Part shown: positions 9,690-18,849 of the stretch, piece after piece
Layout: each line of letters begins with the position of its first letter
How positions within the stretch are numbered: the stretch's first letter is position 1
Source of the DNA: an uncultured virus (IMG/VR IMGVR_UViG_3300030616_000018)
Taxonomy: Duplodnaviria > Heunggongvirae > Uroviricota > Caudoviricetes
DNA length: 64,000 bases
Strand: one strand, 5' to 3'
Virus record (IMG/VR): IMGVR_UViG_3300030616_000018
Translations under genes and position numbers: made by a program
Notes under the pieces: generated by a model
Told to the model about the DNA's origin: nothing
Database searches by the model: none
The model's input: only the letters and a program-made list of their open reading frames with translations

Positions 9690-10331
9690 TTAAGCAGCGG
9701 CAGTAGCAGCTTTTCCTCTTTGTTTAAATCTATTCATAGTTGCTTTAGCCTCTCGCTTCTGACCACGTTTAATAACATGATCTGTACCCATTTTAACAGA
9801 TTTATCCCATACACCTTTAACATTGGTCATGCCTGCAGCAATAGCGGACTTAATACGATTTACAGCATTTCCACCCATTTTCTTAGCACCGGCATATCCT
9901 TTCGTCATCTTAGCACCCAGAGCTTTAGCTCCATATTTCGCTCTTGCTGACTTCAGAAATGCTCCAGCCTTCTTCTTACCACTCTTGAAAGATTTACCAA
10001 GATCATCCATTCTATCCCTAAAAGATTTTTTACCACTGTATCCTCTTGGCACCTGATGTACTCCTTTAGCTTCAAGCATTAAATTCTCGTAAAAAGAAGC
10101 AGAGTAAGCCATGTAAGGAGCAAGTACTGTTGACAGATGTTCTTCAAACACTTCATCAACATTGTCAGATTCAAGCATTTCGATATATTTCTCGATTGCT
10201 TTTTCTACATATTCACCTTCATACATAGATGCATCAATTATAGCACCTTCGAGAACTTGATCTAACATAATTTCATCTTCGTTCTCAACAAACAAAATCA
10301 ATTCGGTATTATCTTTAAACATTTTAATCAT
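9690..10331 (-). CDS. acidic-N/basic-C protein, putative processed head protein
   Basis: D/E-rich first about 88 aa ending MLE, then K/A/G-rich. Confidence 0.6.
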   Translation of the reverse strand: MIKMFKDNTELILFVENEDEIMLDQVLEGAIIDASMYEGEYVEKAIEKYIEMLESDNVDEVFEEHLSTVLAPYMAYSASFYENLMLEAKGVHQVPRGYSGKKSFRDRMDDLGKSFKSGKKKAGAFLKSARAKYGAKALGAKMTKGYAGAKKMGGNAVNRIKSAIAAGMTNVKGVWDKSVKMGTDHVIKRGQKREAKATMNRFKQRGKAATAAA

Positions 10332-10348
10332 CCTCCATTGAATTTAAG

Positions 10349-11068
10349 TTATCTTAATTTTTTTGCCGTGAACAATAACGCTTTACCTCTAGCACTTCGA
10401 CGTATCCCTTTTCTTTTTAAAGCTCTTTTATTTTGTACAGCCTCTTTAAGTTTAGCTCTCTTATTCTTCATATCAGTACTGTTAACTAACTTCTCATATG
10501 CTTTCTCTGATTTTTTATGTTGTTTGTAAGCCGCCTTATGTGCTTTAACTGCAGCCTTTAATTTTACTCCAACATACTTTTTAAGCTTCTTTACTGGTTT
10601 ACTTGATTTAATCTTTTTACCTATTGAATCTTTAATAGCCTTCTTTATATTAATAATACCAAGTTTTCTTTTAATAATATTAGACTTCGATAATTTCTTG
10701 ATATCTTCTTTGGCTATTTTTTTCGCCTTTTGTCCATCAATCTTTGACTTCTTCTTCTTAATTTTAGGGACATTGGCTTTAGTATTTTTGTAATCATCGG
10801 CTGATGCCGAATGCTTATTAACTATGCTAGCTACTTTCTTCGCTATTCCTTGATCATCAATCTCTTCATTCCAATTTTTCTCGAACAATATCGATTCAAA
10901 AAATAAAAGATTTTGAGACAGATATAAATCAAGTCTTTCAAACACAAACGATTCTAACTTAGTACCATCATCAGCACTATTAGCATATTTTTCAAGAGCT
11001 GTAATAACATCATCATTTTCGTAAAAAACAAGATCACTAAGAGACTGTTTTAATAGAAATTCTAACAT
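10349..11068 (-). CDS. acidic-N/lysine-rich-C protein, putative head/DNA-binding protein
   Basis: charge switch after ILFE; histone-like K-rich tail. Confidence 0.6.
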   Translation of the reverse strand: MLEFLLKQSLSDLVFYENDDVITALEKYANSADDGTKLESFVFERLDLYLSQNLLFFESILFEKNWNEEIDDQGIAKKVASIVNKHSASADDYKNTKANVPKIKKKKSKIDGQKAKKIAKEDIKKLSKSNIIKRKLGIINIKKAIKDSIGKKIKSSKPVKKLKKYVGVKLKAAVKAHKAAYKQHKKSEKAYEKLVNSTDMKNKRAKLKEAVQNKRALKRKGIRRSARGKALLFTAKKLR

Positions 11069-11082
11069 AGTAAGTTCCTTAA

Positions 11083-11763
11083 TTACACATACTTATAAGT
11101 TTGCCCAATTGCATGCTCGTCTTTTTCTCTCTGCTTTCGTGCTGCTCTAACTGCACCAGGCTTATCAAGAAATCTTTGTCCTGAAGACTTAAGGTATTTC
11201 GACTGCAACTTTCTTCCACCACCAACAAGTCCTGCTCCTGCAGCTCCTGCAGCTTGAGCGCCACCTCTTAATAAACTTCCAGCAGCTTTCCCATAAAGAC
11301 CAGTTTGAACATAAGCCTTAGCTCGTTTCAAACTTGTTCCTGTGTTTTTAAGTCTATCTTTCGCCCATCCTAGCTTTTGATCTGCATTTTTATTCAACGT
11401 CTTACTTTGTGCTATTCTCTTTGTTCCAATTCGTTTTAACCTTCTAGCTCGCCACATACTTAACTCTATTATATTACCATATATAGCGGGATAGTTAGAG
11501 TATTTCTGTTCTTCTAAAACTTTAGTGATTGCATAATTAAGTAATGAACCCTCGGTAAATATGCTAGCAGGATCAGTATCATCATAGATAGAAGCATTCT
11601 TTACTATATATCCACTGATTGCTTCAACAATAGCTTCTTTGTGTTTTGAGGTTAGTTTTCCTTCGATCATGGAAATGAACTCATCACCTAAGTATACACA
11701 TCCATCCATAATCGACTCATACATAATTTGCTCATGTAATGGGTAATTGTTTTCCATAATCAT
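11083..11763 (-). CDS. acidic-N/basic-C protein, putative processed head protein
   Basis: charge switch after NIIE. Confidence 0.6.
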   Translation of the reverse strand: MIMENNYPLHEQIMYESIMDGCVYLGDEFISMIEGKLTSKHKEAIVEAISGYIVKNASIYDDTDPASIFTEGSLLNYAITKVLEEQKYSNYPAIYGNIIELSMWRARRLKRIGTKRIAQSKTLNKNADQKLGWAKDRLKNTGTSLKRAKAYVQTGLYGKAAGSLLRGGAQAAGAAGAGLVGGGRKLQSKYLKSSGQRFLDKPGAVRAARKQREKDEHAIGQTYKYV

Positions 11764-11766
11764 TCC

Positions 11767-11979
11767 TTATTTAGGTCTACCGTCTATCACTTCAGTCGGT
11801 ACTATATCCTCAAAGTATTTATTTACTCGATCAACTTGTCGTTCCTCATCAGTTGCAAGCCAGTCTTTCTTTATAGGTTCCTTAACCCAACCTTCATTAA
11901 GACGTCTTAATCGTTTAGCTACACCTAAAGCACCCAATCCTGCTGTTATACCAACTATCTCCATTTCGTTTAACGCCAT
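11767..11979 (-). CDS. small protein, GITAGLGA-KxLRR family
   Basis: EIVGITAGLGALGVAKRLRRLNE. Confidence 0.6.
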   Translation of the reverse strand: MALNEMEIVGITAGLGALGVAKRLRRLNEGWVKEPIKKDWLATDEERQVDRVNKYFEDIVPTEVIDGRPK

Positions 11980-11993
11980 GTTTTGTCTCTCCT

Positions 11994-12263
11994 TTATATT
12001 ACAGTGCCTATAGCTCCAGCAGCAGCTCCAGCAGCAGTAGATATCGCTAAATCTCTACGAGATTTCTTTTTCTCTTCTGGAGTTTTCTTATGTTTAGATT
12101 GAGTTAATTTAGATGCTGCTGCACCACTAAGACCCCATACGGTTGCTTGTTTTAGAGCTGCTTTAGCACCACCACCTTTTACAGCAGCATGTAAAGCATT
12201 CTTTAATTGTTTGACTGGTATGTCGTCTATATTAATTTCAAATAAATGTGCAACAGGTATCAT
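11994..12263 (-). CDS. small protein with MIPVAHLFE tag
   Basis: start reassigned to ATG 12263, just after the stop of 12268-12414. Confidence 0.6.
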   Translation of the reverse strand: MIPVAHLFEINIDDIPVKQLKNALHAAVKGGGAKAALKQATVWGLSGAAASKLTQSKHKKTPEEKKKSRRDLAISTAAGAAAGAIGTVI

Positions 12264-12267
12264 TATA

Positions 12268-12414
12268 TCAGTCCTTGTCACTTGCCTGTTTACTTTCAAC
12301 AATTTTTTCTTGATTAGAAGGGGTATCGCTCGTTTCTTGAACCCTTCGTAGTTTCTTAGCGAAATTCATCGCTCCTAATCCTGCTGTTATTCCGGTTAAT
12401 TCTATGTTTGTCAT
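12268..12414 (-). CDS. 48-aa protein, GITAGLGA-KxLRR family (below the ORF-track cutoff)
   Basis: MTNIELTGITAGLGAMNFAKKLRRVQE...; GGAGGAGG RBS. Confidence 0.65.
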   Translation of the reverse strand: MTNIELTGITAGLGAMNFAKKLRRVQETSDTPSNQEKIVESKQASDKD

Positions 12415-12430
12415 ACCGCCTCCTCCATTA

Positions 12431-13159
12431 TTATTTCTTTGCTATTGTTGGTTTCCCAGCTTTAGCTTTCTTCCAATCGTCATATCTATTCTTTGCTCCA
12501 GCAGCTTTAAGACCTTTCGCTGCCGTGCGATTTACATGATATGCTCCCTTTGCACTATGCAATGTAGTTCTAATTCTATTCATTACTCCTGACTTATCTA
12601 TTGCATTTCCCATTTTCGCAGTAGCCCCAGATGCCGCTTTAGTACTCGATACCATAGCTTTACCAGCTTTCTTCATGGTCTTCTTTGCTTTATCCATACG
12701 CCAATCAGCAAATTGTTGTCCTCTTTTCTTGCCTAACCCTTTCATAATCCCTCTTCTAAGAGCACCACCAACTCGCATAGGAGCTCTTAACACAGCCCCA
12801 AGTTTACCACGTAACCGATTAGGATCTTGTAAACCTTTAGATAAATCCCTTCTTGCTTGATACAGAACTTGCCCCGCTTTTTTTGAATATTCTTTTCCAG
12901 CTTTACCATAATCAACAAGTTCATTAATAATAGATTGTCCTGTTTCTACAACAATATTAGCTTCATTTATATTCTCAATTATAGCATGACCAGTTAAATA
13001 ATCACTATAATCACAAAAAAATTCAATTAATTCATTGTCTTCACTAGATCCAATAAGATATCCAGCATCCTCATACATTGCTTCAGCAAATTCAATATCT
13101 TCTTGAAGTATGACTCGATTCATTCCTAAAGAAATTGCAGCCGTTAGCTGTTGGCTCAT
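12431..13159 (-). CDS. acidic-N/basic-C protein, putative processed head protein
   Basis: charge switch after IINE. Confidence 0.6.
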   Translation of the reverse strand: MSQQLTAAISLGMNRVILQEDIEFAEAMYEDAGYLIGSSEDNELIEFFCDYSDYLTGHAIIENINEANIVVETGQSIINELVDYGKAGKEYSKKAGQVLYQARRDLSKGLQDPNRLRGKLGAVLRAPMRVGGALRRGIMKGLGKKRGQQFADWRMDKAKKTMKKAGKAMVSSTKAASGATAKMGNAIDKSGVMNRIRTTLHSAKGAYHVNRTAAKGLKAAGAKNRYDDWKKAKAGKPTIAKK

Positions 13160-14595
13160 AACATAGTCCCCTCATTTATTGCAATATTCAAAGCTGCACA
13201 ACTCTGCTTTGTAGGTTCCTCTTCGACAAATTGAATCATTAATGGATTGATTAATGATGGTTTAAAATCAGTAGTCCACTGTCCTGGTGTTACTTCGAAA
13301 CAAACCTTATTTGCTTCTTTATCATATGATAAATAAGGATAGTTTGAAACCAAGTTACCTTTTGTTGTTATGAAGTTATACTTATATCCTCGTTTAAGCT
13401 CAAAGTCTCTTATATCAAATGAAACACAAAATACAACTCGATCTTGAGTTATTTGAGGAGATATGTCATCAGGATCATACACTATAAATGTTCGTTTAAT
13501 GAATGTCTTTGGTTTATCAAATAAATAGGTTTTTTGATTGCTCTTTAAATAAATGGGGCCAACTACTGATCCTCTACGAATATTCTCATATTCAGCATCT
13601 ACATAATATTTAATACCATTTGAGAGTCTAACCCATACAGGAATACCATTCTCGACAATCCAATCACCATCAATTGGACCATCAGCCACTACATAGTTAA
13701 ACCCAGAAAATTTATCAATCCATACTAAACGCCCTTGGTCATCAACTATCCATCTTCCCTGAGAAGTTGGATTCTTAGGAATAGGCGACCCTAAGTCTCC
13801 TTCTAAATTCGTTTCTCTGAAAGCGTTAAACAGCTTTTGCATAGGATAGTCAACGATTGGTTCATGACCAAATCGACTATAATGTAAATTTATTGTCTCC
13901 GTTATTTCTGGATCAATATCATTAAAAAGATACATAGGCATCTGAGTTAAAAAATTAACCTCCATATTAACCGGAAACGACCTAGTACTGGCGTCAGTAA
14001 TCGAAGTACTAATACTCTCAAGACGTATGTGTGGCTTGTAACTCATGGAGTAACAATACTCAACTTGGCCCTTATTTTCGTTTAGTTTCGTAAATAAGTT
14101 AATGATCTTATGCCCATTATTTTTTATCCCAAGGGTTTCAAGATATTGGTATGGTATCTCTAAGAAGGAAGTGTACTCAAGAAATTGAATATACTTATTG
14201 ACTGGAAGATACCGTTTAATCATAAACTCGATATCCTTTGCCTGTAATTGCGACTCACAATTAATTATTATAGTTATAGAACTTTGAACATGTTCTTCTT
14301 GCAGCTTTACCATTCGTCTGTTTTCAGTATTATATAGCGCTACGTGTTGCATTTTATTTTCTGGACCAAATTGTTGAATTACATTTGGTCTTTCAGCGAA
14401 TATATAATGATCATCATTAAGCGTTACGATGCATGCAGGAAATTCAAAATTCGGCTTGTAATCTTTATCTACGGCAAAGGATCGATTAGCAATATTGAAG
14501 TCATACGATTTAATTGTATTATTACCGAATATGTGCTTATCAAACATCGTACGAACAGATAATAGCAAATCTGAATAATAATTGTGTATTTTCAT
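13156..14595 (-). CDS. large hypothetical protein, possibly tail terminator/completion-like
   Basis: 479 aa; N-terminal FPACIVTLND and later V.F-type strands loosely resemble tail-terminator folds. Confidence 0.4.
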   Translation of the reverse strand: MKIHNYYSDLLLSVRTMFDKHIFGNNTIKSYDFNIANRSFAVDKDYKPNFEFPACIVTLNDDHYIFAERPNVIQQFGPENKMQHVALYNTENRRMVKLQEEHVQSSITIIINCESQLQAKDIEFMIKRYLPVNKYIQFLEYTSFLEIPYQYLETLGIKNNGHKIINLFTKLNENKGQVEYCYSMSYKPHIRLESISTSITDASTRSFPVNMEVNFLTQMPMYLFNDIDPEITETINLHYSRFGHEPIVDYPMQKLFNAFRETNLEGDLGSPIPKNPTSQGRWIVDDQGRLVWIDKFSGFNYVVADGPIDGDWIVENGIPVWVRLSNGIKYYVDAEYENIRRGSVVGPIYLKSNQKTYLFDKPKTFIKRTFIVYDPDDISPQITQDRVVFCVSFDIRDFELKRGYKYNFITTKGNLVSNYPYLSYDKEANKVCFEVTPGQWTTDFKPSLINPLMIQFVEEEPTKQSCAALNIAINEGTML

Positions 14596-14607
14596 ATATA
14601 CTCTCTT

Positions 14608-15012
14608 TTATGCTGCCCGTCTTTGAGGGAATACAGAAGCCATAATTCCAGATTTTGTAGTCCTAGGTTTTCTACCTTTAATAACCGTAAAATCTTTTCT
14701 TCGAGTATCAGGAACATTTGTTTGCCGTACAGATTTTTCAATCTGTTTTTGAGCTGCAGCTGTACTATCAATAGTATGTTGCCTAGATAATCTATCACCA
14801 ACAGCGGCTTTCATATTAGTAAGATTCGATGATGCTTCCATACTTCTAAGTTTATGCTTCAAGTTCTTTTGCATACCTGGTAAATATTTCTTGACTCCAC
14901 CACCGAAACTTGAATCTAAATCCTTAGCTAATCCAACATTAAGGCGAGCTTTATTTTTACCATACTTTTCGACTTCTGATGAAAACCTTTCTATTAAAGG
15001 TGTATTGTACAT
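14608..15012 (-). CDS. basic hypothetical protein
   Basis: 134 aa, MYNTPLIE start, GGAGA RBS. Confidence 0.55.
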   Translation of the reverse strand: MYNTPLIERFSSEVEKYGKNKARLNVGLAKDLDSSFGGGVKKYLPGMQKNLKHKLRSMEASSNLTNMKAAVGDRLSRQHTIDSTAAAQKQIEKSVRQTNVPDTRRKDFTVIKGRKPRTTKSGIMASVFPQRRAA

Positions 15013-15020
15013 ATATTCTC

Positions 15021-15245
15021 CTAACGCAGCTTATTATTCATAACTGCGGCAGCTCTCAAGAGGGCTGGATTTCTCGAAGGTAATGTTGTAGGCATTACTT
15101 CTTTCCTTCGAAAAGGTCTCTTCAGCAGTTGGGCTCCAGTGTGCGCAACATCTCTGAAACTAGGAACACTCATCTCATCAACATTATAGTCTTCATTTTT
15201 AGAAAAATTTAACGGGTCGTTAAACAAATACGATACAGGTATCAT
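15021..15245 (-). CDS. small protein with MIPVSYLF tag
   Basis: tag family member. Confidence 0.6.
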   Translation of the reverse strand: MIPVSYLFNDPLNFSKNEDYNVDEMSVPSFRDVAHTGAQLLKRPFRRKEVMPTTLPSRNPALLRAAAVMNNKLR

Positions 15246-15979
15246 TTTAAGTCTTCCTCCATTAATTCAGATAATAATTTAATTTTTTCAAATATTTCAT
15301 TCTGATATTCAGTACGGTACCTTACTCTAAACTCAAAATAAGTTTTTTGTATATCAGGCCAATGTCCATAATCAAATGACAATGATACTTCATATACCAT
15401 CTTTTCAAAATCGTACTCCTTATAAAGTATTTCTAAATTCTTATCAAATGATTTACTTAAAGAATGCAAACAATCTAGATTATCTGCTGTAAATAAAACA
15501 TAAAGAGTACCACTATTTTGATGTCCATGCCCTTCACACGATGAAAATGTTGTTATTCCAGGAAACATATTAATAGTAGCACATAAAGGAGCAACCTCTA
15601 GATCAATTCCTATAGAATCTTCAAGACCTCCACCACATTGATCACCCTTTCTTGTACTTACATGTGGTAAAAGATTCTTCAATACTATCAATCCTTCTTC
15701 TGGGCAACCTAAATCTCTTAGATCCTTATATTCTAATTCATAGCATTCTAAATATGCAACTACAAAATTAAAGAGAGTTTCACCATTTAGACTTCCATAA
15801 GGACCAATCATCATAAAATTTTTATTCTTCCTAACTCTATCAGTCTTTACATTTAAACTATTTAATTCTTTAATGTCAATAAGATAATAATTTATTACTT
15901 TTGATAAATGTTCAATATCAATCAGATATTCGTCCTGTTTGAGAACTATATTGTAGCTGTACTTGTATATCTCTATCAT
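15242..15979 (-). CDS. protein with TYW3-like TxSSCxGH motif
   Basis: INMFPGITTFSSCEGH. Confidence 0.45.
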   Translation of the reverse strand: MIEIYKYSYNIVLKQDEYLIDIEHLSKVINYYLIDIKELNSLNVKTDRVRKNKNFMMIGPYGSLNGETLFNFVVAYLECYELEYKDLRDLGCPEEGLIVLKNLLPHVSTRKGDQCGGGLEDSIGIDLEVAPLCATINMFPGITTFSSCEGHGHQNSGTLYVLFTADNLDCLHSLSKSFDKNLEILYKEYDFEKMVYEVSLSFDYGHWPDIQKTYFEFRVRYRTEYQNEIFEKIKLLSELMEEDLK

Positions 15980-16133
15980 TTAAAATCCTTATATTAGATA
16001 GTATTTCGTTACGTCTATCGCATCCTGAGCGTCGCTCTTTGCCTCCACGAACAAAATAAGTGAGATCCAAAAATTTTCTTCTATTCTCTTGCCTCCGTCT
16101 CTCCGATATTCCCTTCCGTTTTTGGGTCTTCAT
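15918..16133 (-). CDS. small ERR/DRR-repeat protein
   Basis: SERRRQENRR...YFVRGGKERRSGCDRR. Confidence 0.55.
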   Translation of the reverse strand: MKTQKRKGISERRRQENRRKFLDLTYFVRGGKERRSGCDRRNEILSNIRILNDRDIQVQLQYSSQTGRISD

Positions 16134-16443
16134 CTGGTAACCTTACGCCTAAGAACACAGCTAACCTTCTTCTAATTTCGTTATCAATTGTCGTTGAATT
16201 AAAGTAAATACCAATATCAAATACCCCATTCGCTATTTCTTGACATCTAAGTGCAGTTGATTTAAAATTTGCATCTCCATCAGGTAATTGTAGCGTCGTG
16301 TCTAATTCAGTTAACCGAGGGATATCTCGACTTGATGTACAACTTAATCCACCCATACTTATGTTCTTGGTCTGACAGTATACACCATCAAGAATCACTG
16401 TTAATACTTCATTCTTCCTCACAGCCGTTCTATTATCAGACAT
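16081..16443 (-). CDS. PilZ domain protein 2
   Basis: NRTAVR, TKNISMGGL, IGIYF. Confidence 0.8.
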   Translation of the reverse strand: MSDNRTAVRKNEVLTVILDGVYCQTKNISMGGLSCTSSRDIPRLTELDTTLQLPDGDANFKSTALRCQEIANGVFDIGIYFNSTTIDNEIRRRLAVFLGVRLPDEDPKTEGNIGETEARE

Positions 16444-16447
16444 GTTA

Positions 16448-16630
16448 TCACCTAAGGCTAGAGTATCTACTCAATACTTTATTTTGATATATTGTAAATA
16501 ATCCTTTTTTCTTCTCTCTCTTTACTGGATCAGGTTCCTTTTTAATGGCATCAGCCATTGCAGGAATTACTTTTGTAGGCTTACTTAAATTAGCTGCTTT
16601 ACCATCAAATATATGACTAATTGAAATCAT
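16448..16630 (-). CDS. small protein with MISISHIFD tag
   Basis: tag family member. Confidence 0.6.
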   Translation of the reverse strand: MISISHIFDGKAANLSKPTKVIPAMADAIKKEPDPVKREKKKGLFTIYQNKVLSRYSSLR

Positions 16631-17094
16631 TATGACACACTCCTCGCAAATGTTTTAGCGACATCTCTCGCTTTCTCATCTGTTTTAATAATAAACGGTT
16701 TGCTTATTCTATCGAATCCACTTGTTTTATTAGTAATCTTATCACCTATACCAAAAGAAGCAATAGCTCGATGACTCCATCCAAACCATTTACCACTCGC
16801 CGCTTTACCGAATGAATCTACTGAACTGTTCATAGTTTGTCTTTCTCCTCTAATTCCTAACCACTGAGGATAAGTCGACAATGGATGCCCTTTAGAGTCT
16901 TTTGGTACATTCTTAACAGTTCGATCTTCTGGTGCAATTTTAGTAACAAAATATTGATTGCGTTTAAACTTCTTCATCCTATTTGTTTTAGGATTAAAGT
17001 CTTTAACCTTCTTTTTCTTTCTTTTAACAACAGCATATTCACCAGATTTAAGATCTGGCTTTTTATCTTCAAATAACCAAGATATAGTAATCAT
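16630..17094 (-). CDS. basic protein with MITISWLFE tag and C-terminal GKWFGWSHRA domain
   Basis: tag plus a globular-looking C-terminal domain. Confidence 0.65.
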   Translation of the reverse strand: MITISWLFEDKKPDLKSGEYAVVKRKKKKVKDFNPKTNRMKKFKRNQYFVTKIAPEDRTVKNVPKDSKGHPLSTYPQWLGIRGERQTMNSSVDSFGKAASGKWFGWSHRAIASFGIGDKITNKTSGFDRISKPFIIKTDEKARDVAKTFARSVS

Positions 17095-17103
17095 CGTTTA
17101 TCC

Positions 17104-17442
17104 TTATGCCGCGCTTTTAGTAATTCTAGGCATGTTAGTTTTACGCCTTTCAATACCTTTATATGGTTTAACTTTAAGGGTCTTAGGCTCCAATTCTTTC
17201 CTTGCCCTTCGTATCATATTTGTAGCTCCGCCAATAGCAGCATTACCGAATCTCATCATTTGTGTTCTATGTTTAGTTGGAACCATACTAGGATCTGCAC
17301 CAGCTGCAAATCCAGACACTCTCCTACCTTCCTTAGACATAACATTAGAGATCCCTAAGTAATCATTTCTCTTTTTAAAAGTTTTAATCTGTGCTTTGGC
17401 GCTAGGACTATATTTCTCAAATAACCATCCTACTGTTATCAT
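17104..17442 (-). CDS. basic protein with MITVGWLFE tag
   Basis: tag family member. Confidence 0.6.
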   Translation of the reverse strand: MITVGWLFEKYSPSAKAQIKTFKKRNDYLGISNVMSKEGRRVSGFAAGADPSMVPTKHRTQMMRFGNAAIGGATNMIRRARKELEPKTLKVKPYKGIERRKTNMPRITKSAA

Positions 17443-17544
17443 AATATATCCTTATAATTAATTACAAACTTATACCTTTTAAGATCAACTAAATTTAATC
17501 CTATAGTGGGAATTGCTTCAAATAACCAAGATATTGATATCATT
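17439..17544 (-). pseudogene. frameshifted tag-family micro-ORF (MISISWLF*)
   Basis: ATG ATA TCA ATA TCT TGG TTA TTT TGA; removing one T gives MISISWLFEAIPTIGLNLVDLKRYKFVINYKDIL. Confidence 0.4.
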
Positions 17545-17546
17545 GT

Positions 17547-18098
17547 TTATCCTTTAGCATGATCAAACTTAACAAGTTTGAAGAACTCTTGACCTGTCAT
17601 ACGTGGTTTAAGTTTTCTTGGATCAATTTCAACAGAGTTATATCCTTTGCCACCCTTTTGTACCTTCTCCATAAAAGAATATACTAATCGAATTATTTGA
17701 TCTATATTATTAAATGGCCCACGTATACCTCTAAATTTAGCAAATGAATGTTCGAAATACATCCACTTATCAATTTGCTTATACGCTACAAATGAATGAC
17801 AACTGGTATAATATTGCTGTATGTGAATTAATTTATGTTCACGATTCCATTTCTTAAAGAAGTAATGTTCAAACCATGTCTGCTCGTAACATGTACCTAT
17901 CTTATATTTATACACTTCTTCAGGAGTAGCTATAACACATTTATTCCACCAAAGATCAGGATCGTCAAAATCAGTATACTTTTTATGGTTCTTATCCATC
18001 CAACCATATTTGATACGATCCATCCATTTTAATAATTCTTCTGGAGTCTTGATATCTAGCATATTCAGCATCTCAAATAAACATTGGATAGGTATCAT
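17547..18098 (-). CDS. transglutaminase/papain-like fold protein with MIPIQCLFE tag
   Basis: GTCYEQT (Cys), CHSFV (His), WMYFEHS (acidic) triad-like motifs. Confidence 0.6.
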   Translation of the reverse strand: MIPIQCLFEMLNMLDIKTPEELLKWMDRIKYGWMDKNHKKYTDFDDPDLWWNKCVIATPEEVYKYKIGTCYEQTWFEHYFFKKWNREHKLIHIQQYYTSCHSFVAYKQIDKWMYFEHSFAKFRGIRGPFNNIDQIIRLVYSFMEKVQKGGKGYNSVEIDPRKLKPRMTGQEFFKLVKFDHAKG

Positions 18099-18496
18099 TG
18101 TTTGTCCTTCGCTTCTCTTGCTCTATTTATAAGTCGTTCAGCATCTTCTATATCACCTATTGCTCGTCTAAATACATCTAGAAATATTGAATTAACATGC
18201 TGATCAATCTTATAGCTTTTCTTACCAACATTATTCTCTATTAAAGAAGAAACAATTCCCTTTTTATAAAAAGCAATAAATGAAGCTCTTATACAATTCA
18301 CTGCAACATATTGTGCCATTGTTGGCATACAGGAGTTTGATAATTGCTTTTCTTTATTCGCACACTTATCAATATACTTATCAATATATTTCGAGTAGAA
18401 CTGTTCTAATTTCTGAGTTTCACTGTTCGCTGGAATAGCTAAAGACATAAGAGAAATGAATATAAAAAACACTGATATATCTATTAACTTTAACAT
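18095..18496 (-). CDS. exported hypothetical protein
   Basis: N-terminal signal peptide, Cys residues. Confidence 0.55.
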   Translation of the reverse strand: MLKLIDISVFFIFISLMSLAIPANSETQKLEQFYSKYIDKYIDKCANKEKQLSNSCMPTMAQYVAVNCIRASFIAFYKKGIVSSLIENNVGKKSYKIDQHVNSIFLDVFRRAIGDIEDAERLINRAREAKDKQ

Positions 18497-18521
18497 TTCT
18501 CAATCCCTCCAGTCAGTTGAT

Positions 18522-18845
18522 TTAGGCCCCTGCAACATTTGTTTTCTCGTCGTAATTTGCATTCCCCACAAATTTATCTGCGTCTTTATCGACATCAGAC
18601 TCTCCAGATAATTCTGGATCTACTTTAGCATTATCAGCGGTAATACTACCACCTTGAAAATGTTGCGCAATTCTTTTCTTTGCTACACTTGATAAATTGA
18701 TAGGAATATTCACAGCAGGATATTTAGAAGTATATCCCCTTTTAGTGAATTGAAATACGTCATTTTCTCCTATCCTCCGAAGTCCTTTCACTAGGATTAA
18801 AGCACCTAACCCTGATGAAATTCCCAAAGCTTCTAATTTCGTCAT
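18522..18845 (-). CDS. GITAGLGA-KxLRR family protein
   Basis: MTKLEALGISSGLGALILVKGLRRIGE. Confidence 0.6.
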   Translation of the reverse strand: MTKLEALGISSGLGALILVKGLRRIGENDVFQFTKRGYTSKYPAVNIPINLSSVAKKRIAQHFQGGSITADNAKVDPELSGESDVDKDADKFVGNANYDEKTNVAGA

Positions 18846-18849
18846 AAGC

